NCBI GenBank assembly: GCA_963657675.1
Contig: CAVKMV010000003.1
Span: 1,059 to 65,058, forward strand
Length of the DNA stretch: 64,000 nucleotides
From: Ruminococcus intestinalis
GTDB lineage: Bacteria; Bacillota; Negativicutes; Acidaminococcales; Acidaminococcaceae
Direction of reading: 5' to 3'
The translations under genes and the position numbers were made by a program. The notes under the pieces were generated by a model that saw nothing but the letters and a program-made list of their open reading frames with translations, did not search any database and had not been told where the DNA came from. Shown here in pieces: positions 20,525 to 29,844 of this stretch. The stretch's first letter is position 1. The number at the start of each line of letters is the position of its first letter.

Positions 20525-20971
20525 TTAGCGCATATTTTCGATAAAGTCTTCAAAGGTGTTGAGCAAAACAGTATGGCCTGTGGCCTTCAAATCACGCAGG
20601 TAGGTGCCGTAGGATTCGTACACCTCATCGCTCAGCTCCAGCTTGAGGCCTTCCTTTACATATTCATCCATCATCTTCAGGATGAAGCGGTTTACCTCGT
20701 TCGTACCAGGCTTAACGTTGAGCGGGATCACGCGGGTTTCGGCCTCGTACTTTTCTACTACCACCTTCCAGCCACCGGGAACAGGCGGCAGACGGGTTGC
20801 CTTGATGTAGTAATTGTCAGGCGAAAAGCCTACATAACCGTCCATTTTATTATATAATTTAGCCTTCTGCACAGGGAAACCATTTTTATTGCCCCACTTT
20901 ACAATTTCCTCGCATACTTCGTTGTTATGGATGACACTCGGAAAGGTTGCTTCCGCTAAGATTTCAGACAT
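20525..20971 (-). CDS. Hypothetical protein
   Basis: Strong RBS GAGGAGGT; 148 aa; no recognisable family. Confidence 0.8.
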   Translation of the reverse strand: MSEILAEATFPSVIHNNEVCEEIVKWGNKNGFPVQKAKLYNKMDGYVGFSPDNYYIKATRLPPVPGGWKVVVEKYEAETRVIPLNVKPGTNEVNRFILKMMDEYVKEGLKLELSDEVYESYGTYLRDLKATGHTVLLNTFEDFIENMR

Positions 20972-21093
20972 GGTGATACCTCCTCATGATTTATAGTCCT
21001 ATTTTACTCTAACTTACAAATTATTTCAATAAGAATTATATGTATACAAAAAGGCCGGTGCGCACAGGCACACCAGCCCAAAAGCTAACCGTA

Positions 21094-21540
21094 TTATATC
21101 TGCCCCAAAGCCTTCAAAATAAGCTGGGCGATGATGGCGCTGGCAATATAGGTACCGATAAATACCACGATGGCCAAAATAACGATGCGCCAGCCGGTCT
21201 TGGCAAAGGCATCCAAATCCTTGCCGATGGAAACGCCTGCATAGGCCAGAATAGGCGTACACAGGGCCACAAAGCCGACGTTCTTGACATAGCTGTTGAT
21301 GAAGTCAGCACCGGGGACGCCGGGGATGGTCAGCACGCAGCCAAGAGTTACAACCCAGGCCGCAGCCGGAATCCCGCCGGGGATATACTTGGACATGAGC
21401 ATGCCCACAAAGGCGATGGCCGCCAAAATCAAAAGTCCGGGAATGGATTGGATGATGTCGGCCTTGGTGCCCAAAACATTGGAGAACAAGCTCATAATGG
21501 TGACAATAGCCAAAATGATGATAGTATCTTTAATTTTCAT
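21094..21540 (-). CDS. Small membrane protein, partner of DUF3100
   Basis: 4-5 TM segments, TPILAYAGVSIGKD; overlaps the DUF3100 stop codon. Confidence 0.75.
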   Translation of the reverse strand: MKIKDTIIILAIVTIMSLFSNVLGTKADIIQSIPGLLILAAIAFVGMLMSKYIPGGIPAAAWVVTLGCVLTIPGVPGADFINSYVKNVGFVALCTPILAYAGVSIGKDLDAFAKTGWRIVILAIVVFIGTYIASAIIAQLILKALGQI

Positions 21541-22346
21541 TATGCTTCCTCTCCCTTCGCTGGTGCTTCAGGCAGCACGCCATATTTCAGCCTGTAGAAT
21601 TTCTTGTACAGCCATTCGGTCATCGGCAGGCCCAGCCATACGGACATATACAGACCGTCCAGACCGGAAAGCATGTTGCTGGCAGCACCAAAGGCTGCAA
21701 GCTGGTCGGCCATATCAGGATACATGGCAACCAAAGAGCCCACTGCGGCGGTCATCATGCTGGCAGAGCCTACGCCGGAGGCCATAGCCAGTGCATACGG
21801 ATGGATAGGCAGCACGGAGGCAGCCACGCTGGCCATCAGGCCGAAGAAGATGGTGCCGAATACGGTGCCTGCGATATAGACGCCCATAACGCCGCGGCCC
21901 TCGCTGCTGTCAAGGCCAAACTTTTCGCCAATCAGCGCAACGTTAGGCTCACGCGCGATGGAATGGGCAGCGCCAATGGTTTCGCGCTTGAGTCCCAAAT
22001 AAACTGCGACAGGAACGCCCAAAAGCACGGTGCCCAGGTTGCCGAACTCCTGCAGAATGAGTGCCGGGGACGCAGCCAGGATCTTGGGCAGCGTGGGGCC
22101 GACCAGCGTGCCATAGCGCGCCATCAAAAGCATCAGCGTAACGCCTACCAGGCTGCTGGCATCCAGCATTTCCTTTTTACCGGACAGGTTCAAAAACTTC
22201 GGTGTTGTCAAAATACCCAAAAGCAAGGCGTACAGCATCGGCAGCAGCACAATGCGGCCAATGCCAAACTTCAGGGTATGCGTGCCAATCAGTTCGGAAA
22301 CAATGATCAGCGCCAGAATAATGGCATGTAACTTAATATTCTTCAT
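21540..22346 (-). CDS. DUF3100-family membrane protein
   Basis: LLPMLYA, QEFGNLGT, REPN, MASGVGSASMM. Confidence 0.8.
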   Translation of the reverse strand: MKNIKLHAIILALIIVSELIGTHTLKFGIGRIVLLPMLYALLLGILTTPKFLNLSGKKEMLDASSLVGVTLMLLMARYGTLVGPTLPKILAASPALILQEFGNLGTVLLGVPVAVYLGLKRETIGAAHSIAREPNVALIGEKFGLDSSEGRGVMGVYIAGTVFGTIFFGLMASVAASVLPIHPYALAMASGVGSASMMTAAVGSLVAMYPDMADQLAAFGAASNMLSGLDGLYMSVWLGLPMTEWLYKKFYRLKYGVLPEAPAKGEEA

Positions 22347-22383
22347 TACATTCCCCTCCCATGTTTTTTAAATTTTATCTATT

Positions 22384-23694
22384 TTATTTATTAAAATAGC
22401 TCTCCAACTTAGCAATATACTCTTCCTTGGTCAAAATCGGCTTAAAGTCCGCCAGGATTCCCTTCGCCTCTTTGGCATCATCATAAAGCAGGTCCACCAG
22501 CATCATGGCAAAGGCCTTGGCAGGCAGCAGCACGGCGGCGTTAAAGTCCACCATATGAAAGTTCGGTGCGTGCAGCAAACCGTCAGTGCCACCGATGAAG
22601 GGATGGATGACAGGCATCAGGTGCGACACATCGCCCATGTCGGTAGAAGCGCTGAAGTGACCTGCATCCCTGATCTCCACCTCAGGACAGGCCAGCTTGG
22701 CGTTGGCAGCGAACAGCTCGTTCATGCGCTTGTTGCAGCACAGTGGGAACATACCAGGCAGCGTTTCGATAAGCGTCTGGGCGCCCACTGCGTCGCCGCC
22801 GGCCTTTAAGGCAGCGTCCACACGGGTGTGGGTCTTGTCGATAGCATCCATGGTCTTGGCGCGCACATACAGCTCCAGGCGCACGTCCGACGGCACGGAA
22901 TTTACAAAGTCGCCGCCCTTGGTGATAATGGGATGCACACGCACCACATCCTGCTCACGGAAGGTTTCGCGCAGGGCGTTGATGCCCATAATGCCCAGGC
23001 AGGCAGCGTTCAGGGCGTTGATGCCCTCGTGCGGGGCGTCGGCAGCGTGGGCGGTTTTGCCGACATACTGCACCGTCTTGCCCACGAAGCCGTTGCTGGT
23101 TTCGCCAATGGAAACAGTGGCCTTGGGCATATTTTTATCAGAATGCATCTGCATCGCCATGTCAATATCGTCAAAGGCACCCTCGTAAATCAGCTCGCCC
23201 TTACCGCTCAAAAAGTGGATCTTGCCGGCCTCCACCAGCTTTTTGCGGTATGCCAGCTCAATGTATTCCTCAGCAGGGACGGCGAAGAATACCACGTCGC
23301 CTGCCAGCTCAGGCAGAACGCCCGACTTCATAATGCCGCAGGCAGCACCCAGCATGGTGGAAATCTGCATATTGTGACCGCAGGCATGTGCCGCGCCAGT
23401 TGCAGGGTCGGCCTTGGGGTTTGTGGGGCAGCCAACTGCGTCCAGCTCGCCCAAAACTGCCGCTGTCGGACCGGGCCTGCCGCTTTTGGCACGGGCCTTG
23501 ACGCCGTTAATGGCCAGGCCCGTCTGAGGGTCCAGTCCCAGATCACGCATAAAATCGGCCACCTTAGCCGCAGTCTTTACTTCCTTAAAGCCAAGCTCGG
23601 GTTCATCGTTGATGCTGGCACAAATTGCCTTAATTTTATCTGCATGCGCATCAATCGCAGCACATACCCTTTGCTTTAAGAGCTCCTTATCCAT
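22384..23694 (-). CDS. M20-family amidohydrolase
   Basis: PELGFKE, GELDA, HACGH, PAEE, STDMGDVS. Confidence 0.9.
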   Translation of the reverse strand: MDKELLKQRVCAAIDAHADKIKAICASINDEPELGFKEVKTAAKVADFMRDLGLDPQTGLAINGVKARAKSGRPGPTAAVLGELDAVGCPTNPKADPATGAAHACGHNMQISTMLGAACGIMKSGVLPELAGDVVFFAVPAEEYIELAYRKKLVEAGKIHFLSGKGELIYEGAFDDIDMAMQMHSDKNMPKATVSIGETSNGFVGKTVQYVGKTAHAADAPHEGINALNAACLGIMGINALRETFREQDVVRVHPIITKGGDFVNSVPSDVRLELYVRAKTMDAIDKTHTRVDAALKAGGDAVGAQTLIETLPGMFPLCCNKRMNELFAANAKLACPEVEIRDAGHFSASTDMGDVSHLMPVIHPFIGGTDGLLHAPNFHMVDFNAAVLLPAKAFAMMLVDLLYDDAKEAKGILADFKPILTKEEYIAKLESYFNK

Positions 23695-23763
23695 TTTCGT
23701 ACGCCTCCATTGTACTTGTCCACTCTATATGGATATTTATTAACTTATTTAAGTATACCCCTA

Positions 23764-23791
23764 ATTATAGCATAGAAATAGGCAATGTCAA
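23764..23791 (-). promoter_or_regulatory. Promoter of the amidohydrolase-DUF3100 operon
   Basis: TTGACA-N16-TATAAT. Confidence 0.65.
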
Positions 23792-24060
23792 ATAAAGTCT
23801 TGTTTCTTTGCCTCTTCCACGTCATCAGCCTGTAAAAAGCTCTTTTTGTGTAACTAGTGAACATAAATAGCGCCAAAATTACACGGTGAGGCTGCTGCTT
23901 TGTTCAATTCCTAGATTTTTAGTAATAATTGCAGATTTTTGTTTACCATACCGCGGTGCTATGCTAAAATATAGGGATAGCATTTGCCGCGTCCATATGT
24001 AATATGCTTGCAGACAAATGCCTGACATGTTGATATAATATTAAAGAAAGGAGTCTTGAC

Positions 24061-24747
24061 ATGTTTGCTCAGATAAAAAAAGACATCGATTCCATCATGC
24101 TGCGTGACCCCGCCGCCAAAACAAGACTGGAGGCCGCACTCTGTTATCCGGGCCTGCATGCGATCTGGCTCCACCGTATAGCGCACCACTTTTACCTGAA
24201 GGGCTGGGTGGTCTTCCCCCGTCTTATCAACACCTTTTCGCGCTTTTTGACCGGTATTGATATCCACCCGGGCGCCAAGCTGGGCCCCGGCCTGTTTATT
24301 GACCATGGCATGGGCCTGGTTATTGGCGAAACTGCCGAGCTGGGCAGCAACGTCACCCTCTACCAGGGCGTAACGCTGGGCGGCACAGGCAAGGAAAAGG
24401 GCAAGCGCCATCCCACCATCGGCAATAACGTGGTTGTTTCCAGCGGTGCCAAGGTGCTTGGCTCCTTTAAGGTTGGCGACAATTCCAAAATCGGCAGCGG
24501 CAGCGTCGTGCTCAAGGAGGTTCCGCCCAATTCCGTCGTTGTCGGCGTTCCCGGCCGTGTGGTTACGCGCGACGGCGTGCGCATTGCCTCCAGCACGGAT
24601 GACGAAAGCATGATTGACCTGAACCATGACAAGCTGCCAGACCCGGTTGCAGATTACGAGGAGCTGCTGGCAAGGCACATGGAGGAAATCAACGGCCGCC
24701 TTAAGGAATTGGAAGCTCTTATTTATGACAGCAAAAACGATAAGTAA
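24061..24747 (+). CDS. cysE: Serine O-acetyltransferase
   Basis: RDPAA, TGIDIHPGA, FIDHGMG, GVTLGGTGKEKGKRHPT. Confidence 0.95.
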   Translation: MFAQIKKDIDSIMLRDPAAKTRLEAALCYPGLHAIWLHRIAHHFYLKGWVVFPRLINTFSRFLTGIDIHPGAKLGPGLFIDHGMGLVIGETAELGSNVTLYQGVTLGGTGKEKGKRHPTIGNNVVVSSGAKVLGSFKVGDNSKIGSGSVVLKEVPPNSVVVGVPGRVVTRDGVRIASSTDDESMIDLNHDKLPDPVADYEELLARHMEEINGRLKELEALIYDSKNDK

Positions 24748-24766
24748 TATTTAACGAGGTAGAAAC

Positions 24767-26155
24767 ATGAGCAGAACAATGACTACTGCAGAAGCCATCC
24801 AGGAGGCACGACGTTGTCTGAACTGCGCCCGCCCGTCCTGCCGCAGCGGCTGTCCTATCGAAAACAATATCCCTGGCTTTATCCGCGCCTTGGGCGAGGG
24901 CAACATCGGCATGGCCTATGAGATCATTTCCGAGCGCAGCAACCTGCCCGCCATCTGCGGCCGTGTCTGTCCACACGAGCGCCAGTGCGAGGCACACTGC
25001 ATCCTCACCCGCAAAAAATGCGGCATCGAAATCGGCAGCCTGGAAATGTTTATCGCCGACTTCGCCCACCGCAATGATTTGATGCCCACGCAGCCATCGA
25101 GCAAGCTGCGCGGCAGGGTGGCCGTCATCGGATCGGGTCCTGCAGGCCTGACGGTGGCAGGCGACCTGGCCAAGATGGATTTTGACGTGACGATTTTTGA
25201 AGCGCAAAGCGAGCCCGGCGGCGTGCTGCTTTTCGGCATTCCGGAGTTCCGCCTGCAAAAGGACGTGGTGCGCCGTGAGATCACCGAGCTGCGCCACATC
25301 GGCGTAGAGATTAAGACCAAACAGCTGGCCGGCGTGGATTTTACGGTGGACGACCTTTTCGCCCAGGGCTACGACGCTATTTTTATGGGCACAGGCACCT
25401 CCCTGCCGCGCACGCTGGATATCCCTGGCAAGGAGCTTGCGGGCATTTTGACCGCCACCTACTTTTTGCGCATGGTGGTGCTGGCCGACAGCGGCAAGCT
25501 GGATGCCAGCGAAACGCTGCTGCATACGGGTGACAACGTCATCGTCGTGGGTGCGGGCAACGTGGCCATGGATGCTGCGCGCACAGCCATCCGCCGCGGC
25601 GCCAAAAACGTCACCATCGTCTACCACAAGAGCGAGGCAGAAATTTCGGCCTTCCCCTCTGAATACGAGGCCGCTGTGAGCGAGGGCGTGCAGTTCCGCT
25701 TCCTCAAGCAGCCTATCGCCTACTTTAACAAGAAGCAGATGCGCGCGCTGAGCAATATCCGCCGCCAGACGACGCCTGCGGACGAGACCGAGCTGGCAGG
25801 CCTTTTGGTGCAGAACATCACCAAGACCGAGAGCGGTGAGTTTATTGCCGAGGGTGGCCAGGAGCTTATTGCCTGTGACTGCGTCATCCTCGCGGTGGGG
25901 CAAAAGCCTGCTGCGCGCATTGTTTCCACTACGCGCGGCATTCAGGTGGACAAGCAGGGCTTTGTCATTACGCGCGACCGTCCCTATGGCATGACCACCC
26001 GCGCCGGTGTCTTCAGCAGCGGTGACGTGGTGCACGGGCCTGCTACCGTGGTGCTGGCCATGAAGGAGTCCAAGAAGGTGGCTGCGGGCATCGCCCAATA
26101 CATTGATGCCAAAAAGCTTCTGGAGGACTGTAACATGGACTGCACAAGCCTATAA
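24767..26155 (+). CDS. GltD/NfnB/SudA-like NAD(P)-dependent Fe-S flavoprotein
   Basis: RCLNC..C..GCP, CGRVCPHERQCE, GSGPAG, GAGNVAMD, GDVVHGPATVV. Confidence 0.88.
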   Translation: MSRTMTTAEAIQEARRCLNCARPSCRSGCPIENNIPGFIRALGEGNIGMAYEIISERSNLPAICGRVCPHERQCEAHCILTRKKCGIEIGSLEMFIADFAHRNDLMPTQPSSKLRGRVAVIGSGPAGLTVAGDLAKMDFDVTIFEAQSEPGGVLLFGIPEFRLQKDVVRREITELRHIGVEIKTKQLAGVDFTVDDLFAQGYDAIFMGTGTSLPRTLDIPGKELAGILTATYFLRMVVLADSGKLDASETLLHTGDNVIVVGAGNVAMDAARTAIRRGAKNVTIVYHKSEAEISAFPSEYEAAVSEGVQFRFLKQPIAYFNKKQMRALSNIRRQTTPADETELAGLLVQNITKTESGEFIAEGGQELIACDCVILAVGQKPAARIVSTTRGIQVDKQGFVITRDRPYGMTTRAGVFSSGDVVHGPATVVLAMKESKKVAAGIAQYIDAKKLLEDCNMDCTSL

Positions 26156-26181
26156 GGATAAAAATTGATTTTTCAAGCTTC

Positions 26182-26217
26182 GGCGCTCTGCCCCACGTGG
26201 GCAGGGCGCTTTTTTAT
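26182..26217 (+). terminator. Terminator of cysE-oxidoreductase
   Basis: GCGCTCTGCCC / GGGCAGGGCGC stem followed by a T-run. Confidence 0.75.
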
Positions 26218-26379
26218 CTGCGTCCACAGCCTACGTACTACTGCTACCGTAATAACTACTAACCTTTAGGTAGTACTCTAAGGAACAAGGTTACTACTAA
26301 CTACGTTAGTAGTTTTGATCTGGGCGAAGAAAAAGACAGAGAGAGAAAATTTAATAAAAGAGAGAGAAAGAAAAAGAAG

Positions 26380-26496
26380 TCTCACTATATTAATAACAAA
26401 AAAAAGCAATTTACTCACCCCCTGGCGCAAAAATTTTTAAATTTTTCTTTTTCAGGGGTGAGTAAAACGGCAAAAATTGTTATTAGTATAGTGAGA
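26380..26496. repeat. Back-to-back bipartite motif GGGGTGAGTAAA-N10-TTGTTATTA(A/G)TATAGTGAGA
   Basis: Inverted copies at 26380-26424 and 26453-26496 with identical block spacing but different spacer sequences. Confidence 0.75.
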
Positions 26497-26525
26497 GGCA
26501 AAAACGTACCGCTAGCAAAGCTTTT

Positions 26526-27737
26526 CTACAATCTTTTATAATTCAGGCTAAACCTATGCTGCCTGCTTTCCTTATCCACAAGCAGATGCTCCGCAGGTAT
26601 TTTTTCTATACGCGATACCAGCGTGTTGCGTGACTTTTTCAACAGGCTGCCAAGCTCGTCCATAGATAAGCCGACACCAGAAAATAATGCTGCCTGCAAA
26701 AGTGTTACATAAAGCTCCTCCAGCAGCTTATCCTTTAAACCCAGTGCCCGGATACGATCTACATACTCCTGATATTCAACGTATCTTTTTTGCAGATAAT
26801 CATAAGTCTTTTCCGCAGCGTTGCTGACAAAGCGCAAAAACTCCGTTATAAAAAAGCCCAAGTCACCGCAATTTGCGGCAGCTGTAGTTTCTGTAAACAT
26901 ATCGTAGTAACGGCTGCGCTCCTGCTTTATCACCAGCGACATATTCAATGCCACCATTGGCGAAAGCTCCTGCGCTAAATAATACGCCGTAATAAAGCGC
27001 ACCGTTCTGCCATTGCCATCATAAAACGGATGCAGATAGGCAAATAAATAGTGGAAGATCGCTATTTGAGGAAGCCTGGGATAAGCAGCGGCATTTAGCA
27101 GCCCCAACGCCAAATCCATCTCCTGCACCAGTCTTGCCTCCGGATAACTGCCCATATGCAGCACCCTTTGCGTACCTGTAGTCACTTCTACCTGACCTGC
27201 ACGAAAAATCCTTCCATCCGGCAAATTAGCAGGATTATCCTGCTTCACCTCGTCATAAATGAATTCATCATAAAAGCTGCGCACGTCCTGACTACTCCTG
27301 AAGCTCATCTGCGCATGCTCCAACAGCTTTAAATATTTCGTTACAACACTATAAAAGCGCACGCCTTTACTGCTTCCGCTACTTTTTACAGCATCAAGCG
27401 CGTCCGAAATCTCCCTGCGGGAGCTATGAATGCTTTCTATCTCATTGCTGGCCTGTATTTCCTCTATCATGCATTGCTGCATATATTGCTGCGAGGCTGC
27501 CTGCGGCAGCTTGGCCAAAAGCTGTGTCAGCTTACAATTGACACTGTAGACCTGCTCGGATAATAAAAGCATCTCTTGTGTATAGCAGCAAAACAGCGTA
27601 TACGCCTCCCTGTGCTTATACTGCCTTACCTCAAAAGCAAAGTGCCCGGTAAAAGGAGCAGTAAAACGCCTGTCATATTCCTGCCTCCACAAAGCTTCAT
27701 CCTGATAATATAATTTTTTCAGCAACGGATACGTCAT
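26526..27737 (-). CDS. Fic-family protein with C-terminal wHTH
   Basis: HPFYDGNGRTVR catalytic motif; SNEIES inhibitory-helix-like motif; start MTYPLL after GGAGG. Confidence 0.92.
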   Translation of the reverse strand: MTYPLLKKLYYQDEALWRQEYDRRFTAPFTGHFAFEVRQYKHREAYTLFCCYTQEMLLLSEQVYSVNCKLTQLLAKLPQAASQQYMQQCMIEEIQASNEIESIHSSRREISDALDAVKSSGSSKGVRFYSVVTKYLKLLEHAQMSFRSSQDVRSFYDEFIYDEVKQDNPANLPDGRIFRAGQVEVTTGTQRVLHMGSYPEARLVQEMDLALGLLNAAAYPRLPQIAIFHYLFAYLHPFYDGNGRTVRFITAYYLAQELSPMVALNMSLVIKQERSRYYDMFTETTAAANCGDLGFFITEFLRFVSNAAEKTYDYLQKRYVEYQEYVDRIRALGLKDKLLEELYVTLLQAALFSGVGLSMDELGSLLKKSRNTLVSRIEKIPAEHLLVDKESRQHRFSLNYKRL

Positions 27738-27760
27738 GCTCTCCCCTCCCATGCTATCAC

Positions 27761-27869
27761 CTTAGCAAAACCTGTCATTTTTGACAACATCGTCTAAGCA
27801 TCTTATCAAAAATGGCGTTTTTTGACAAGATACCATAATTATCTTAGCAAAAGCTGTCATTTTTGACAA
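27761..27869. repeat. Three 27-bp palindromic direct repeats at exact 41-bp period
   Basis: CTTA(G/T)CAAAA...TTTTTGACAA at 27761, 27802 and 27843. Confidence 0.85.
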
Positions 27870-27918
27870 GCTAAAAAGCCGCTGCACCTCTTGGCACAGC
27901 GACCCCAAAAACGTCAGC

Positions 27919-29130
27919 TTATGCAGTTTTACCCTTTAGCTTCAGCACCAGCGCCAAAACCAGGCTCACAACAAAGCAGGCGCTGAAAAAGTACAGCGTA
28001 AAGCTGTAGCTGTGCGTGCGCTCGTAAATGACGGATAAAAGCAGCGGCCCGGCAATACCTGCCAGCCCCCAGGCCGTCAGGATACGCCCGTGAATCGCGC
28101 TCAGCTGCCTGGTGCCAAACAAATCGCTCAAATACGCCGGCATGCAGGAAAAGCCGCCGCCATAGCAGGTGATGATAACAAAAACCAGCAGCTGAAAGAG
28201 CAGGCTGTCCGTCACGTCCGCCAGCAGATAAAAGGCAGCAATCTCAATCACAAAAAAGGTGATATAGGTATTAGGGCGTCCCAGATAATCGGACAGGGTG
28301 GACCACACGATGCGGCCGCCACCGTTCAACAGGCCGATGATGCCTACCATAGAGGCCGCTGCCACAGGCGACATACCGATAATTTCCTGCGCCATGGGCG
28401 ATGCCACCGCTAAAAGGCCGATGCCACAGGTGATATTCGTAAAGAACACCCACCACAGCGCGTAAAACTGCCAGGTGTGCATCGCCTCGTGCACGCTAAA
28501 CTGCCTGTCCTGCGGCTGCGCAGCCTTAAAGCTGCCCTTGCCATCTGCCACTGCTGCCTGCTTGGGCGGCTCCAGATACAGGGCCGAGCAGGTCATCACC
28601 ACTGCGTAGGCACAGCCCAGAATAACAAAATTCTGCACAAGGCCAAATTTAGCCACCAAATACTGCATCAGCGGTCCTGCAATCAGGCTGGCAAAGCCAA
28701 AGCCCATAATAGCCAGACCTGTTGCCAGGCCGCGGTTGTTGGGGAACCACTTCACCAGCGTAGAAACGGGAGTGATGTAGCCTGTGCCCAGGCCAATGCC
28801 GCCAATGACGCCATACGCCAGATACAAAAGCGGCAGGCTGTGCCAATGCAGTGCCAGCGCCGTTCCCAAAAGGCCGCTCACAAAAAAGCAGGTTGACACC
28901 AGTCCGCTGCGCCGCGGACCGTATTTTTCTACATAAGTTCCCAAAAAGCCTGCCGACGTCCCCAAAAAAAGTATCGCCAGCGAAAAGGTCCAGGTGACCT
29001 CCTTCAGCGAAAAGCCCATCGCCTGCATAATCGGCTTGGTGAGCACGCTCCAGGCGTACACGCTGCCAATGCTGATGTGAATGCCGATGGCTGCCAGGAC
29101 GATAAGCCATCTGTTTTTTGTCTGTTGCAT
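27919..29130 (-). CDS. OFA (oxalate/formate antiporter) family MFS transporter
   Basis: GSVYAWS, KWFPNNRGLATGLAIMGFG, CYGGGFS; about 12 TM segments. Confidence 0.9.
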   Translation of the reverse strand: MQQTKNRWLIVLAAIGIHISIGSVYAWSVLTKPIMQAMGFSLKEVTWTFSLAILFLGTSAGFLGTYVEKYGPRRSGLVSTCFFVSGLLGTALALHWHSLPLLYLAYGVIGGIGLGTGYITPVSTLVKWFPNNRGLATGLAIMGFGFASLIAGPLMQYLVAKFGLVQNFVILGCAYAVVMTCSALYLEPPKQAAVADGKGSFKAAQPQDRQFSVHEAMHTWQFYALWWVFFTNITCGIGLLAVASPMAQEIIGMSPVAAASMVGIIGLLNGGGRIVWSTLSDYLGRPNTYITFFVIEIAAFYLLADVTDSLLFQLLVFVIITCYGGGFSCMPAYLSDLFGTRQLSAIHGRILTAWGLAGIAGPLLLSVIYERTHSYSFTLYFFSACFVVSLVLALVLKLKGKTA

Positions 29131-29191
29131 TTTTATTACCTCTTCTCCTATAATTCACCTGTCTGCCCTGGTCTTTCCTTGCTCCTTAAAA

Positions 29192-29295
29192 AGAAAAACG
29201 CCTGGGCAAAAGCTTCTTGCCCAGACGGTCGGCTCATGCAGCACGCCTGCCCCCACGTGGTCAATTCCACTTATCCGTCAGGAGGCAGGCTGCCT
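29192..29295 (-). ncRNA. ZMP/ZTP (pfl) riboswitch with intrinsic terminator
   Basis: Minus strand CTGACGGA...GTGGA...CCACGTGG...GCCGACCGTCTGGGC; the 3' aptamer overlaps terminator CTGGGCAA...TTGCCCAGGCGTTTTT; TTGACA-N16-TATAAT upstream (29312-29339). Confidence 0.85.
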
Positions 29296-29566
29296 GTCAG
29301 GTTATGTATCTATTATAAGCGATTTTATCGTTTTGTCAATATGTGGTGGCGAATTTTTTCTTACTTGCTATATATTGTATAGATGTTACAAAAAGCTTAT
29401 TGACCTTATACGCTTCAATATCATCCATAGTCGTCTCTACAAGCTCGTCATTATAAAAAGATAAAAAACAATAGCCTGTTTATAACGCTCAAGCCACCTA
29501 AGCAAATCCCCCCCCAACGCAAAAAAAGCAGGGCCTGCAGCCGCAAGCCCCGCTCTTACTTATGTC

Positions 29567-29740
29567 TTATCTTTTTCTTAGGTGTACGGTCGTGGTGTGC
29601 TGGCAATGCGGGCAACAACCCTTGCCATCGCCACCGGCATCACAGCCAATGCAGCCACCGCTCTTGTGAGCCTTGATGACCTGCTTAGCAGCCAGGTAAA
29701 CACAACCAATGATAACCAACGCGATAATCCAAGTTGCCAT
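29567..29740 (-). CDS. FeoB-associated Cys-rich membrane protein
   Basis: N-terminal TM plus CIGC...CCPHC; start ATG 29740 after GAGGTG. Confidence 0.8.
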   Translation of the reverse strand: MATWIIALVIIGCVYLAAKQVIKAHKSGGCIGCDAGGDGKGCCPHCQHTTTVHLRKR

Positions 29741-29844
29741 ATGAAACACCTCGTTTCCTAACACTTGGGATGAACATACTAACCGGCGCACAGCCAGCTT
29801 AAACATGGCGCAGACAAGGATAACCAAGCCTGCGCCCTAAAGAA

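Noticed and set aside
27761..27869. CRISPR mini-array
   Set aside because: Spacers are only 14 nt, repeats diverge internally and there are no cas genes; it fits an operator array better
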